Origin: Antedon mediterranea
Taxonomy: Eukaryota; Animalia; Echinodermata
Assembly (NCBI RefSeq): GCF_964355755.1
Contig: NC_092673.1
Coordinates: 25,045,648-25,109,647, forward strand
Reading direction: 5' to 3'
DNA: 64,000 nt
Within the stretch, counting starts at the first letter, position 1. The number at the start of each line of letters is the position of its first letter. The notes beneath the pieces were generated by a model. That model searched no databases, was not told the origin of the DNA, and saw only the letters and a list, made by a program, of their open reading frames with translations. Shown here in pieces: positions 30,201-42,078 of the stretch. Position numbers and translations under genes: made by a program.

Positions 30201-33200
30201 TGTGTTGGAGGTTGGTGGTGTGAGGTGTATAGTTGTCACTTTAAGATCTAAATTAGATGTTTTCTGAAGAAAAGAAGTAAGCGCATACGCTTTCAAACAA
30301 CTCCAAGAAGATTCACACAAAAATAATTACTTTCCAATAAAGTAGTATAACAGTGTATATTACAGTACATTGAATAAACTCGAGCGGAATAATAACGCAC
30401 ATAAAAAAACATTCATTTTCTTTTCGAAAAGTGCCCTCTCTAGTTTTCTATTAATTTATTAATAATTATTATTAATTAATGAGTAATATGAACATATTTT
30501 TAACATTCAATGCTGGAAGCTGGTTCTACTCCTAACAAAGTTTCATATCTCCAAATTTCATCAACGTATTCAAAGCACTTCAATATTAAATATCACATTT
30601 AACATAAAAATTCGGGTTTTGGATAGAATTTTGCTTAAAAACATATACAAAAAACATCGATAAAAAATACTTTTCGTATTCAAAAACATTTGATACTTGG
30701 TATAAATGTTCACTATAGGTTGCTCTATTCACAGAAAAAAAATTGCATTCATGAACGTTTTTTGTTGGTTGTTTTTTCAAAATAGTTATTAGCTTGAAAA
30801 AAACGAGTTGGAATTGTATGGTCTTTCATAAGTGTACATTTTGTAAAAACGTAAATTTAAAAAATCAGTGATATGGCTTGATAGTTATTTTTGGTTTGCA
30901 ATATGGATGGAGCAACCTATATTGAACATTTATACCAAGTATAAAATGTTTTTGAATACGAAAAGTATTTTTTATCGATGTTTTTTGTATATGTTTTTAA
31001 GCAAAATTATATCCAAAACCTGAATTTGTAATGTTAAATGTAATTTATTTAAGTGCTTTGAATACGTTGATGAAATTTGGAGATATGAAACTTTGTTAGG
31101 AGTAGATACAGTTTCCAGCATTAAATTTTAAAAATATGTTCATATTACTCATTAATTGATAATAATTATTAATAAATTAATAGAAAACTAGAGAGGGCAC
31201 TTTTCGACAAGAAAATGAATGTTTTTTTATGTGTGTTATTATTCCGCTCGAGTTTATTCAATGTACTGTAATATACACTGTTATACTATTTTATTGGAAA
31301 GTAATTATTTTTGTGTGAATCTTCTTGGAGTTGTTTGAAAGCGTATCCGCTTACTTCTTTTCTTCAGAAAACATCTAATTTAGGTCTTAAAGTGACAACT
31401 ATACACCTCACACCATCAACCTCCAACACACTAGTTTCTGCTCACACACACTTCATCTCCTGAACTAACATAGTACAGTATAAGTCAAATAAATTTTTTA
31501 ATTTTTTTTTATTGCTGCCTCCAAAAATATTATATAATAGTAACAATATCAGAAAGGTAGATAGGTATTGTAATAATTTTTAAATTTAAAAATGTTAAAA
31601 AAAATATGAATATATGTTTATACATACATTATAAATGAAATATATTAACTACTATTTTAGTAATGCATACACAAGTACAGAATATCAGAAATCAATGAAT
31701 CATGTGTCTAAATGTGGCATTATTAGGCTAATTTGCTTTGAGAAAAACATTGATGCCATTGGCCTATACAAAAATCAAGGCAATTAGACAAAATATTTAC
31801 ATAAACAATTAATACTAATATTGGTAGGCATAAAATAATAGTGTATATAAACTTTCCTTAAATAATAACAGTATAGGGCCTTACCAATTTATTTAATACA
31901 TAATATATAAATAGTCAATATAATTAAATTTTAAACTCATTACCGGCATTATAAATAATATTTTAAAAAGATAAGAATGCAAGTAAATATCAGATTCATA
32001 GTCCTCATTATACACAATGATTTCCTACTATCACATATTAAAATATAAAACAATCATGTAGCCTTTAATTTCTTTACATGGAGGTCTATTCAAATAAATT
32101 TAAATAAAAGGGTCATAATATGTCTTCGTCTCCAGTTCGTGGAAATTGAAGTTAGGATTCCATCATTTCAACAACAAAAAATATTCAAAATATCCTGCCA
32201 GTTTGCATTCAAGACCTGCAACCTGCTTAGTTTTTAATACGAGTACTGCTTTCTATACACATAACTTTGATTTCTGCAAAAAAAAAAAAAACTCTGTAAT
32301 AATGTACTTTAAATACTGTAATAATCTAGGTATAGATTATGTTGACCGGGCCAGTTAGAGGGCGTTCGACTGTACTACCATAAGTCCTGTAGGTGTATAC
32401 AACTTATTTCTTGTCTACAAAGTGTATAGTAGTATGCTAATGGTACTATTATTAGATTAGGTAGTTGGGAGTAGTTTGGAGAGATACATCTATCTATAAA
32501 AGAGTACTGTATATATGGAACTATCTGTGTTAGCCGCCTTTGTATTTTTAGATATAATACCAATAGGTACTATGTATTGGGAAACAATTCAACAGTTATG
32601 AATAAAAAAAGTCCTATGTACTCTGTATGTTGGAGGAAATACGCATAAGAGCAAATAAAGCCTTGACCACAGGGTGTAAGTCACTATTTTGAATCAGTAG
32701 TATGACTTCTTAAGAAGTAATTTAAAAATTATCATTGTATGATCAAAAAGAAATATTATAATATCTAACTTTCTCCTTTATATAATAAATATATTATTTT
32801 ATCCAAGGGGTGGCAAACACAAGTGTTCACATGTCTTGTTAAGTATTGCACCTTTGTCCTGTCTTTATGTTTTCTGTAATGTCACTGCACTAACGGGTGA
32901 CCGGTAAACGAGCTCCGCTCTTACGGTTATCCATCCATATAAGTTGTTCATCTCTTATGTTCAGAAATTGAAATGGTAAATAAACTGAAACTGTGCTTAT
33001 GTGGTACAGGTTGACGAGCCAGGAATGATGGTAGTGCCAGTATACCGTGTAGTTTAGCCTCAAGGCAATACCATGTAGCTGGAGTAGCTTGGACAAATAC
33101 AGTAGAGATTTATGAGACTTGGTGTGTGATGATTCAGTATGATAAATTTGTGCTGTGAAAGACAAAATTGTAGAATTAGGAAGAAAATATTGTAAAATAT

Positions 33201-34376
33201 AACAAGGAAATTATACTATAGTATAATTTAGGAGTAACCGTATAATACATAATTAATAGTAATAAAGGCAATGGCAATTACTTATATTGTGTATACATTA
33301 CAATAATATTACAAATAAATTCATATATTATTTTATTATGATAAGGAAATCTGTTTTAGAATGAGAAAAAGTCGTCCCAACCCAGATTTGAACCCAGCTA
33401 TCAATAAAGCTATAAAACAAAATAGACCATATTGTAGCCGGACTGGGTAGCGTAGACTTACTTGAGGCCTAGGCATAGTACGATTAGCTAGAAGGATACA
33501 GGTCAACCCGTACGCATGCCATGCCAACACGCTCGTACCCAAATTTTGGTTTACATATATCCAAAATTTTGGCTTACTCGTACCCATCATGGGCTGCCTA
33601 GTAGTAGTAGTAGTAGTAGTAGCCTAGCCTAAGGCAGCAGGCCCGGCCCTAGCCTACTACAACTTAAGTCTAGGCCTAGCCTAGTACTAGTAGGCCTCTA
33701 GGCCTAGCCTAGGCCCTAGTAGTTAACATCATACATACGCCCTAGAGCCTAGTATATTCCTACCTACTACTCACTAGCTAGGCCTAGGTAGTAGCAGTAG
33801 TAGTTATTGTAGTAGTATTATTGTATTGTAGTATTAGTTGTAGCTGTCCGGTGATCCTTGGTCACTTGTCTAGATCCCCTAGTAGGCCTAGGCTAGGCCT
33901 AGTACGTAGTTATTCTTCAACAGTCACAATTCAGATTCTGCCGGCCGCTGATTGCTAGTGAACAGGGGGAGGGAGAGAAAGAGGTAGAAGAACTGAAATA
34001 AGCCGTGACGTATAATAAACATCATACAAAATAATAATATAACTAACGAATCCGTATAATATAATAATGTTGTATGTTATAAAGTAAAGTAAATGCGTTT
34101 AATATAATACAATTATATTATAATATAATGTATTTTATTAATAATATAATATTAAATGTTCATAATATAATGCTAAAACCAAATAATATAATACAAAAAG
34201 TCAATAATTTGTTACATTTTTCACATAATATATTAGAAATAGATATAATATAATGCTAAAACCAAGTAATATAATGCAAAACGTATAATTCATTACAATA
34301 CAATATATAATATAATAAAAAAATGATATAATAATATAATATTTTGAATACTTCAGACAGCTGAGGCTTGCCATAG
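27217..34376. mobile_element. 7.2-kb foldback (near-total palindrome) insertion
   Basis: Ends CTATGGCAAGCCTCAGCTG / CAGCTGAGGCTTGCCATAG; arms ~3.5 kb around a ~175-bp spacer (~30731-30905). Empty site AATATGGTTCTCGGTCC at ~49175; TSD TTCT or GTTCTC. Confidence 0.92.
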
Positions 34377-34415
34377 TTCTCGGTCCAGTTGTCCTTTAAC
34401 ATGATTTCGTTACAT

Positions 34416-35020
34416 GATGATGACATGAATTAGAAGATGGTGTAATATATAAGCATGTAAATGAAATGGTATGTACATCCCTAATACGTTGTTAAAATGT
34501 GGTTCTCGGTCAAGTTTTCCTTCAAAATTATTTCGTTAAATATATCCCAGAAATGATGACGTGAATTAGGAGATGGTGTAATATATAAGCATGTAAATGA
34601 AATGGTATGTACATCCCTAATACGTTGTTAAAATGTGGTTCTCGGTCAAGTTTTCCTTCAACATTATTTCGTTAAATATATCCCAGAAATGATGACGTGA
34701 ATTAGGAGATGGTGTAATATATAAGCATGTAAATGAAATGGTATGTACATCCCTAATACGTTGTTAAAATGTGGTTCTCGGTCAAGTTTTCCTTCAACAT
34801 TATTTCGTTAAATATATCCAAGAAATGATGACATGAATTAGGAGATGGTGTAATATATAAGCATGTAAATGAACTGGTATGTAGGCCTACATCCCTAATA
34901 CGTTGTTAAAATTTGGTTCTCGGTCAAGTTTTCCTTCAACATTATTTCGTTAAATATATCCCAGAAATGATGACATGAATTAGGAGATGGTGTAATATAA
35001 TTATAAGCATGTAAATGAAA
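34416..35020. repeat. 136-bp minisatellite, ~4.5 copies
   Basis: RTGAATTAGGAGATGG at 34561, 34697, 34833 (136-bp period). Confidence 0.9.
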
Positions 35021-36206
35021 TGTTGTGTCAACGGTTTTTACAGGCTAGTTCGTGACTGAATGGAGACTCCAGTGATAACATTTAGCTTTATTTGTATAAA
35101 TAGAAAGTGTTTTAAAATAAACTCCGTTATAGCGGTGTTAAATTATATAATGACCTTCCTCCTGAAATCATTGCAACCCCCTCCAGGAAAATTTTCTCTC
35201 ATAAAGCCAAACAATTTCTTTTGTCAAAATATGATTTATTAAATGTATTTATACCATCCTCAGCTTTTTTTTTTATCACATGATCGTTTATTCTTTTTTT
35301 GCTTTTTACTTGCCCTGTCCTGTCTGTGTGTTTGTGTACGTTAAAGAATTTGTAATTTTTCTTTATATCATTCATTTAGGGCTAGCTCGCCACAAGGTCT
35401 TATGATTAATAGAATTTCTGTTTTTCATCTGCCGTTACTTTTTTAGTTTTGCCCTCTTCCTTCATTTTACAATTTATTCTGCTGTTTATTTGTTATTTAT
35501 TGTGGAAGAAATAAATGTTGAATTGATTTGCTTTGATTTGATTTGAAATTCAACATACTTTGAATTTTTGACACTTGTCTTCATCAGAAGAATCCAAGGA
35601 GTGAATCTCCTATGATGCTTCTGATGAAGACACGTGACATCGAAAGTTTGTTTAAAAACACTTTTTTATTCCAGTACGTATGATCTGATCGTACGAATAT
35701 ATATATAGCATTGTTTTCAGTCAAACCTAACAACCTGTTTATTAATTCATGATGCTCACATACCGCCCTCTAATACAGCCAAAAAAGATACGTCTACCCT
35801 AACGTCTGTTGCTTGCACCAGCATTCTTCCAACCACTGGCCACTCTCTAATATACATATCACTGATACCTGTCGGACTTGAATATACATATCACTGATAC
35901 TTTTTTTTAATATTATTATTTAATTTCCAAAAATCACTGATACATGTCGGACATTATATACATATACATGCAACCTATTTTAATATACATACTTTTCTTT
36001 TTTCCTTTTTAATACAACAATATTAAAAATTATACAACAATATCACATGATCCAGAAAATCGCCTGTATTACTTCGCAGATGATATTCATTTAAACACAA
36101 AAAGAGCCTGTACAACGAAACATTTATATGAAAGAATCTTCCAGGCATTATTTGTTAATGCTTGGATCCCATCAGAGACGCAACACAAGGACGTAGCGCA
36201 ACGTAA

Positions 36207-36385
36207 AGCGTGGTTCCCACTAGCGACGCAACACAAGGACGTAACGCAATGCAATTGAATTGACCAATCACAAGCGATGGCTTATTCGCTTGTGATTGCT
36301 AACTGTCTATAACTTCGCTTGTCATTGGTTAAAACGCTTGCGTTGCGTTTACGTCATTGCGTTACGTTCTAGTGGGAACCAAGCT
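36207..36385. mobile_element. 179-bp MITE (PIF/Harbinger-like) nested in a related older MITE
   Basis: TIR AGCGTGGTTCCCACTAG / CTAGTGGGAACCAAGCT with TAA/TCA flanks; absent from the duplicate at ~51004 (GCAACGTAAGTGATGG). Confidence 0.75.
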
Positions 36386-37451
36386 TCAGTGATGGATGGA
36401 TTATTCGCTTGTTGCTTTTCATTAGGCAACTCGCATGCGTTGCGTCTATGCCATCGCGTTGCTTCTCAAGTAAACCAACCTTAATTCCGATAGGAAACAG
36501 TTTTCCCATATTGCATTGCATTCCAAATGATGTAGTTGAAGTTTTATTTTTATTGATTTTAAAAAACTTTCTATATCAACACTAATTTTCCGGCCACACA
36601 TGTAACTTATAGAAGCCGCCCCTTCAATTTGAATTAAAATCATACTGTATCCATTGGGTGGTACAGTGTACTTCGTTATAACGTACGTACTTTACACAAT
36701 CGTAATTATTGGACTTTTATGTTAAAAGAAGTGTTCACATCCTATCCACACATTTTAGTCACAATGTAAATAATATATGAAATTAAAAAAAAAATGTCAC
36801 TCAATAACAAAAGTTTATGCAAATATTTTTAAAGGTTTTACGGTATTTTATGAATACGATAGGCCTACGGAAATAGTTTATAAGCAAACATAAATGTCTT
36901 ATATGAAAAACACAATAAACATGACCAATGTACAGACAAAAATGTTAAAACTGAATATGATGTCCCACAAGTCCACGATACTGATTATCTCCCATCTAAC
37001 TTATGGGGCACCGTAAATCAACATAATAATAATATCCTGAATTTATATAGCGCCTAATGTTTGAAACCTCTAAGCGCTGAACCCCAGTCATTTTTTTTTT
37101 ATCAAACACGTATGGAAACATACTCCCATAATATAGCTAGTAATCAGCGCAAAGCAAAGAGTTGGATTCATACCTCGATCTGACGATCAGTAGCCCAACG
37201 TCCAACATTTGTTAGGTTATTTGTTGTTGTTTTTAATCGTATCTATCATTATTATTTTGCATAAATTAATAGAGAAACAATTTAATTTCTTCTCTGTGTA
37301 TAAAGATCATTGTAGTAGTAAACCATTGCCTACCAACAGATGTCGATAACGCAATGCCATAAGTGCCTCCTCTTAAATAGAAAAATGTACTATCTCTTGT
37401 TTCAATATTTCTATTCATATACCGATAACGAATTATAATTATACTGTACAC

Positions 37452-37635
37452 CATATGGGTGTCCATTTAAGAAGAAAACACTTTAGATGATGATACTTTA
37501 TTAAGAAGATGACCACCAGTATAAACAAAAATCGAATTATTCGAATGCTATATAAACGGCGAAAACATTGAGATAACTACATTAGGTTTGGGCTATATCA
37601 ATATCATTAAAAAAAGCAGAGCAACAGAAATCAAG
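37452..37635 (+). promoter_or_regulatory. Gene D promoter and non-coding exon 1
   Basis: CATATG 37452, TATATAAA 37549-37556, AAG|GTAAGA at 37636; intron to TTTCAG 38987. Confidence 0.75.
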
Positions 37636-38459
37636 GTAAGAATAACGACTTTTGCATAACTCTTTCAATAATTCTATTTAATTGAATATTATCTAAATTT
37701 GAGAGAATTGTTTGTAGAGTAAACATCGACTAGGACTTTTGCCTTTAACAGCGAGAACGGTCGATTTGACTTGGTTCGATGCGTAAAAAGATATTGTCTA
37801 ATAACCCACACTTTATCGTTCTAATTTAATCGGTTGATTTCGTATCACATGCGGCTCACTATTAGTTCTGCATGTTAAAAGTTATATTTACCTTCGCTTA
37901 GGAGTTTATATTTAATGGTTCTTTACAGGCAGCTTTTTATAGAAATGTTTAGATTCTTGTGATACGTGAGGCTGGTGACTTTTGCGCGTTAAAGACAACC
38001 TGTAGTGCCGTTTATAACTATTTCTAATCCCTAGACTAAATTAGAGGGATACACCTTTGAATGTCCTAGACTTCGACATTGATTAAAGATTGAACATATA
38101 TGTAATTGAATAACAGTTTACTTTCGACCATCTGGTGTTAAAAAACAAATAATGTTTCGAATTCGTTGAAATCCGTTTGTTCATACTTTTATTTTTGATA
38201 TGTCCATGATATGGATATTCGTAATGCAACGCAACTTGTGTTGTCTTTTAAATTGTGATTTTATTGTCATTTTCTCTCCTTTTTAAAAAGTTGAATCAAT
38301 TGAATTATTACAATTACCATAATAGGTTTTTTAGAATCGAGCATCAGAATAACTAAAAAAAAGTATTTTCTAAACCTTAATTCATTATGAATATTCTAAC
38401 ACAATGATAAGCAACTTCGTGAATGAATTTCTTTAGCAAATTCTCGAAACGAATAAAGA

Positions 38460-38583
38460 ACAAGGCCATATACATGGCTGCAGTCGCGTGCTCAAATTAA
38501 TGTTAGTGTTTACCAACCAAACGACTGACCGACCGACCAACCAACCGACAGACCGACATAGTGAGCTGTAGATTCGCGTTGCA
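38460..38583. repeat. Interspersed repeat with (GACC/CAAC)n microsatellite, possibly Helentron/DINE-like; also 53062-53185, related inverted sequence at ~22620-22715
   Basis: CCATATACATGGCTGCA..GACCGACCGACCAACCAACCGACAGACCGACATAGTGAGCTGTAGA. Family assignment is pattern recall only. Confidence 0.4.
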
Positions 38584-38991
38584 TTGCGCACTCCTCCTTC
38601 AAAGGTGCACAAAATAGAAGGCCTTAATTTATGAGGACAATGAAGTTAATAAGATTTATAGAGTCGTGTTATCATTCTATATTTTAACACGCCTAAATAG
38701 ATTATTTTCATTTGATTGGACGGTTGTGGGTCACATGAAAAGACAAGTGATGTAGCAAACTCGTGTAAATTATTATGTAAATCGAGTAGGCCTACTACAA
38801 CTTTGTTAATTGTTGTTACACAGTGAGTATGGGGGTCAGTGAGTGAGCATACACACGCGCGACAAGAGGGTGCTTGTCATATATTTTTCCTATTTTCTTC
38901 ATTCCACTCAAAAACAATCATTACAATATACGATACAATTCGGTCCAATCCGTTCCCTAAAATGGTATATTTATATATTTCTTTCAGAACT

Positions 38992-41900
38992 ATGTTTTGG
39001 TTTCGGCTTGCCCTGACCGCTATTTTAGTTGTGTCGGCCTTAAGCGGCGAAACAGTGGAAAATGACAGAGAGAGAGTTAAAGAGAACGTTAACGAGGTTT
39101 CCCATCCTGAAATTTATTTGGAGAGTAAATCCGACAATCAACATGTTATCAGATTGAGTGAAAAAGAACGACCAATGGTAGTTTCCTTTCCTCAGAACAT
39201 AATTAAATCTGTCCTCCACCGCAATCGATTTAGAGTACGACATCGTCGAAGTACATACTATGGTCTCAGCTTAAGTGAAAAAGAACAAAGAGTGGCAGAT
39301 TCCCTTCCTCAGAACATAATTAAATCGGAAGGAGCTAACAAAGTATTAGCTTGTTGTAGACGTCACAGATACCACCACCACTACTACCATCACCATATCC
39401 ACCACCACCACCACTACCACATCCACCATCACCACGTTCACCACCACCACTACCACATCCACCGCCACCACCACATTCACCACCACCACTACCACTACCA
39501 CCACTATCATGTCCACCACCGCCATCGATTTAGAAGACGACGTCGTCGAAGTACATACTGTGGTCTCAGCTTAAGTGAAAAAGAACAAAGACTGGCAGAT
39601 TCCCTTCCTCAGAACATAATTAAATCTGAAGGAGCTGACAAAGTATTAGCTTGTTGTAGACGTCACAGATACCACCACTACCATCACCACCATATCCACC
39701 ACCACCACCACCACCACTATCACATTCACCACCATCACTACCACATCCATCACCACCACCACCACTATCACATCCATCACCACCACTATCACATTCACCA
39801 CCACCACTACCACCACCACTATCATGTCCACCACCCTCGTCGATTTTGTAGACGGCATCGTCGAAGTACATACTATGGTCTCAGCTTAAGTGAAAAAGAC
39901 CAAAGACTGGCAGATTCCAAAACAATTAAATCTGAAAGAGCTGACAAAGTATTAGCTTGTTGTAGACGTCACAGAGTGCATTGCAGACGATACCACCACC
40001 GACACCACATTTACCACCACTTTCACCATCACCACCACTACCACCACCGCTATCATGTCCTCCACCGCCATCGATTTAGTAGACGGCGTCGTCGAAGTAC
40101 ATATTATGGTCTCAGCTTAGGTGAAAATGAACAAAGACTGGCAGATTCACTTCCTCAGAACATAATTAAATCTGAAGGGGCTGACAAAGTATTAGCTTGT
40201 TGTAGACGTCACAGATACCACCACCACCACTACCATCACCATATCCACCACCACCACCACCACTATCACATTCACCACCACCACCACATCTACCACATCC
40301 ACTATCACCACATTCACAACCACCACTACCACATCCACCACCACGACCACCACTATCACATTCACCACCACTACCACCACCACTATCATGTCAACCGCCA
40401 TCGATGTAGAAGACGACGTCGTCGAAGTACATACTGTGGTCTCAGCTTAAGTGAAAAAGAACAAAGACTGGCATATTCCCTTCCTCAGAACATAATGAAA
40501 TCTGAAGGAGCTGACAAAGTATTAGCTTGTTGTAGACGTCACAGATACCACCACCACCACCACTACCATCACCATATCCACCACCACCACCACCACTATC
40601 ACATTCACCACCACCACTGCAACATCCACCATCACCACCACCACCACCACCACCACTATCACATCCACCACCACCACTATCACATTCACCACCACTACCA
40701 CCACCGCTATCATGTCCTCCACCACCATCGATTTAGTAGACGGCGTCGTCGAAGAACATATTATGGTCTCAGCTTAGGTGAAAAAGAACAAAGACTGGCA
40801 GATTCCCTTCTCCAGAACATAATTAAATCTGAAGAGGCTGACAAAGTATTAGCTTGTTGTAAACGTCACAGATACCACCACCACCACTACCATCACCATA
40901 TCCACCACCACCACCACCACTATCACATTCACCACCACCACCACAACTACCACATCCACTATCACCACACTCACAACCACCACTACCACATCCACCACCA
41001 CCACCACCACTATTACATTCACCACCACTACCACCACCACTATCATGTCCACCGCCATCGATTTAGAAGACGACGTCGTCGAAGTACATACTGTGGTCTC
41101 AGCTTAAATGAAAAAGAACAAAGACTGGCATATTCCCTTCCTCAGAACATAATTAAATCTGAAGAAGCTGACAAAGTTTTAGCTTGTTGTAGACGTCACA
41201 GATACCACCACCACTACTACCATCGCCATATACACCACCACCACCACTATCACATTCACCACCACCAATACCACATCCACCATATTCACCATCACCACTA
41301 CCAAATCCACCACCACCACTACCACATTCACCACCACCACTACCACCACTATCATGTCCACTACCGCCATCGATTTAGAAGACGACGTCGTCGAAGTACA
41401 TACTGTGGTCTCAGCTTAAGTGAAAAAGAACAAAGACTGGCAGATTCCCTTCCTCAGAACATAATTAAACCTGAAGGACCTGACAAAGTATTAGCTTGTT
41501 GTAGACATCACAAAGTGCATTGCAGACGATACCACCACCGCCATCATTATCACCACCACCACCACTATCACATTCACCATCACCACTACTACATCCATCA
41601 CCACATCCACCACCACCACATTCACCACCACTACCACCACCACCACTATCATGTCCACCGTCGCCATCGATTTAGAAGACGGCGTCGTCGAAGTACATAC
41701 TATGGTCTCAGCTTAAGTGAAAAAGAACAAAGATTGACAGATTCCCTTCCTCAGAACATAATTAAATCTGAAGGAGCTGACAAAGTATTAGCTTGTTGTA
41801 TATGTGGCAAAATACGTAGAATACGAAGACGACATAGAAGACGAAAAGCACGCCGTCAACGTAGAAGACGAAGACGACACTGTCAACATAGAAGACGAGT

Positions 41901-42078
41901 ATATTGGAGACACAACCATTACTACCTTCGAGTACTATGTGGTGGACACGCTCATTATGTTAGCATAAACTCCAGGAGGCGTGGTGGTAGATTGTATTAT
42001 TATTATGGTGGAAGATGGAGAATCTTTACCCGCTACAGAAGAAACGGAATATGGATAACTTGCCCAAGATCGGTTTAA
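38992..42078 (+). CDS. Gene D: secreted 1028-aa poly-His modular protein (8 His modules)
   Basis: Signal peptide MFWFRLALTAILVVSALSG; nine KVLACC spacers, eight followed by His/Tyr/Ile tracts ending in an Arg run; terminal Arg tract and one 65-aa-type domain; intact ORF. Confidence 0.9.
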   Translation: MFWFRLALTAILVVSALSGETVENDRERVKENVNEVSHPEIYLESKSDNQHVIRLSEKERPMVVSFPQNIIKSVLHRNRFRVRHRRSTYYGLSLSEKEQRVADSLPQNIIKSEGANKVLACCRRHRYHHHYYHHHIHHHHHYHIHHHHVHHHHYHIHRHHHIHHHHYHYHHYHVHHRHRFRRRRRRSTYCGLSLSEKEQRLADSLPQNIIKSEGADKVLACCRRHRYHHYHHHHIHHHHHHHYHIHHHHYHIHHHHHHYHIHHHHYHIHHHHYHHHYHVHHPRRFCRRHRRSTYYGLSLSEKDQRLADSKTIKSERADKVLACCRRHRVHCRRYHHRHHIYHHFHHHHHYHHRYHVLHRHRFSRRRRRSTYYGLSLGENEQRLADSLPQNIIKSEGADKVLACCRRHRYHHHHYHHHIHHHHHHYHIHHHHHIYHIHYHHIHNHHYHIHHHDHHYHIHHHYHHHYHVNRHRCRRRRRRSTYCGLSLSEKEQRLAYSLPQNIMKSEGADKVLACCRRHRYHHHHHYHHHIHHHHHHYHIHHHHCNIHHHHHHHHHHYHIHHHHYHIHHHYHHRYHVLHHHRFSRRRRRRTYYGLSLGEKEQRLADSLLQNIIKSEEADKVLACCKRHRYHHHHYHHHIHHHHHHYHIHHHHHNYHIHYHHTHNHHYHIHHHHHHYYIHHHYHHHYHVHRHRFRRRRRRSTYCGLSLNEKEQRLAYSLPQNIIKSEEADKVLACCRRHRYHHHYYHRHIHHHHHYHIHHHQYHIHHIHHHHYQIHHHHYHIHHHHYHHYHVHYRHRFRRRRRRSTYCGLSLSEKEQRLADSLPQNIIKPEGPDKVLACCRHHKVHCRRYHHRHHYHHHHHYHIHHHHYYIHHHIHHHHIHHHYHHHHYHVHRRHRFRRRRRRSTYYGLSLSEKEQRLTDSLPQNIIKSEGADKVLACCICGKIRRIRRRHRRRKARRQRRRRRRHCQHRRRVYWRHNHYYLRVLCGGHAHYVSINSRRRGGRLYYYYGGRWRIFTRYRRNGIWITCPRSV

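Noticed and set aside
28029-33590. Mirror-image ORF pairs (28029/33336, 28434/32890) as genes or transposase
   Set aside because: Short, non-motif translations duplicated only because the arms are inverted repeats; a spliced gene cannot be fully excluded.
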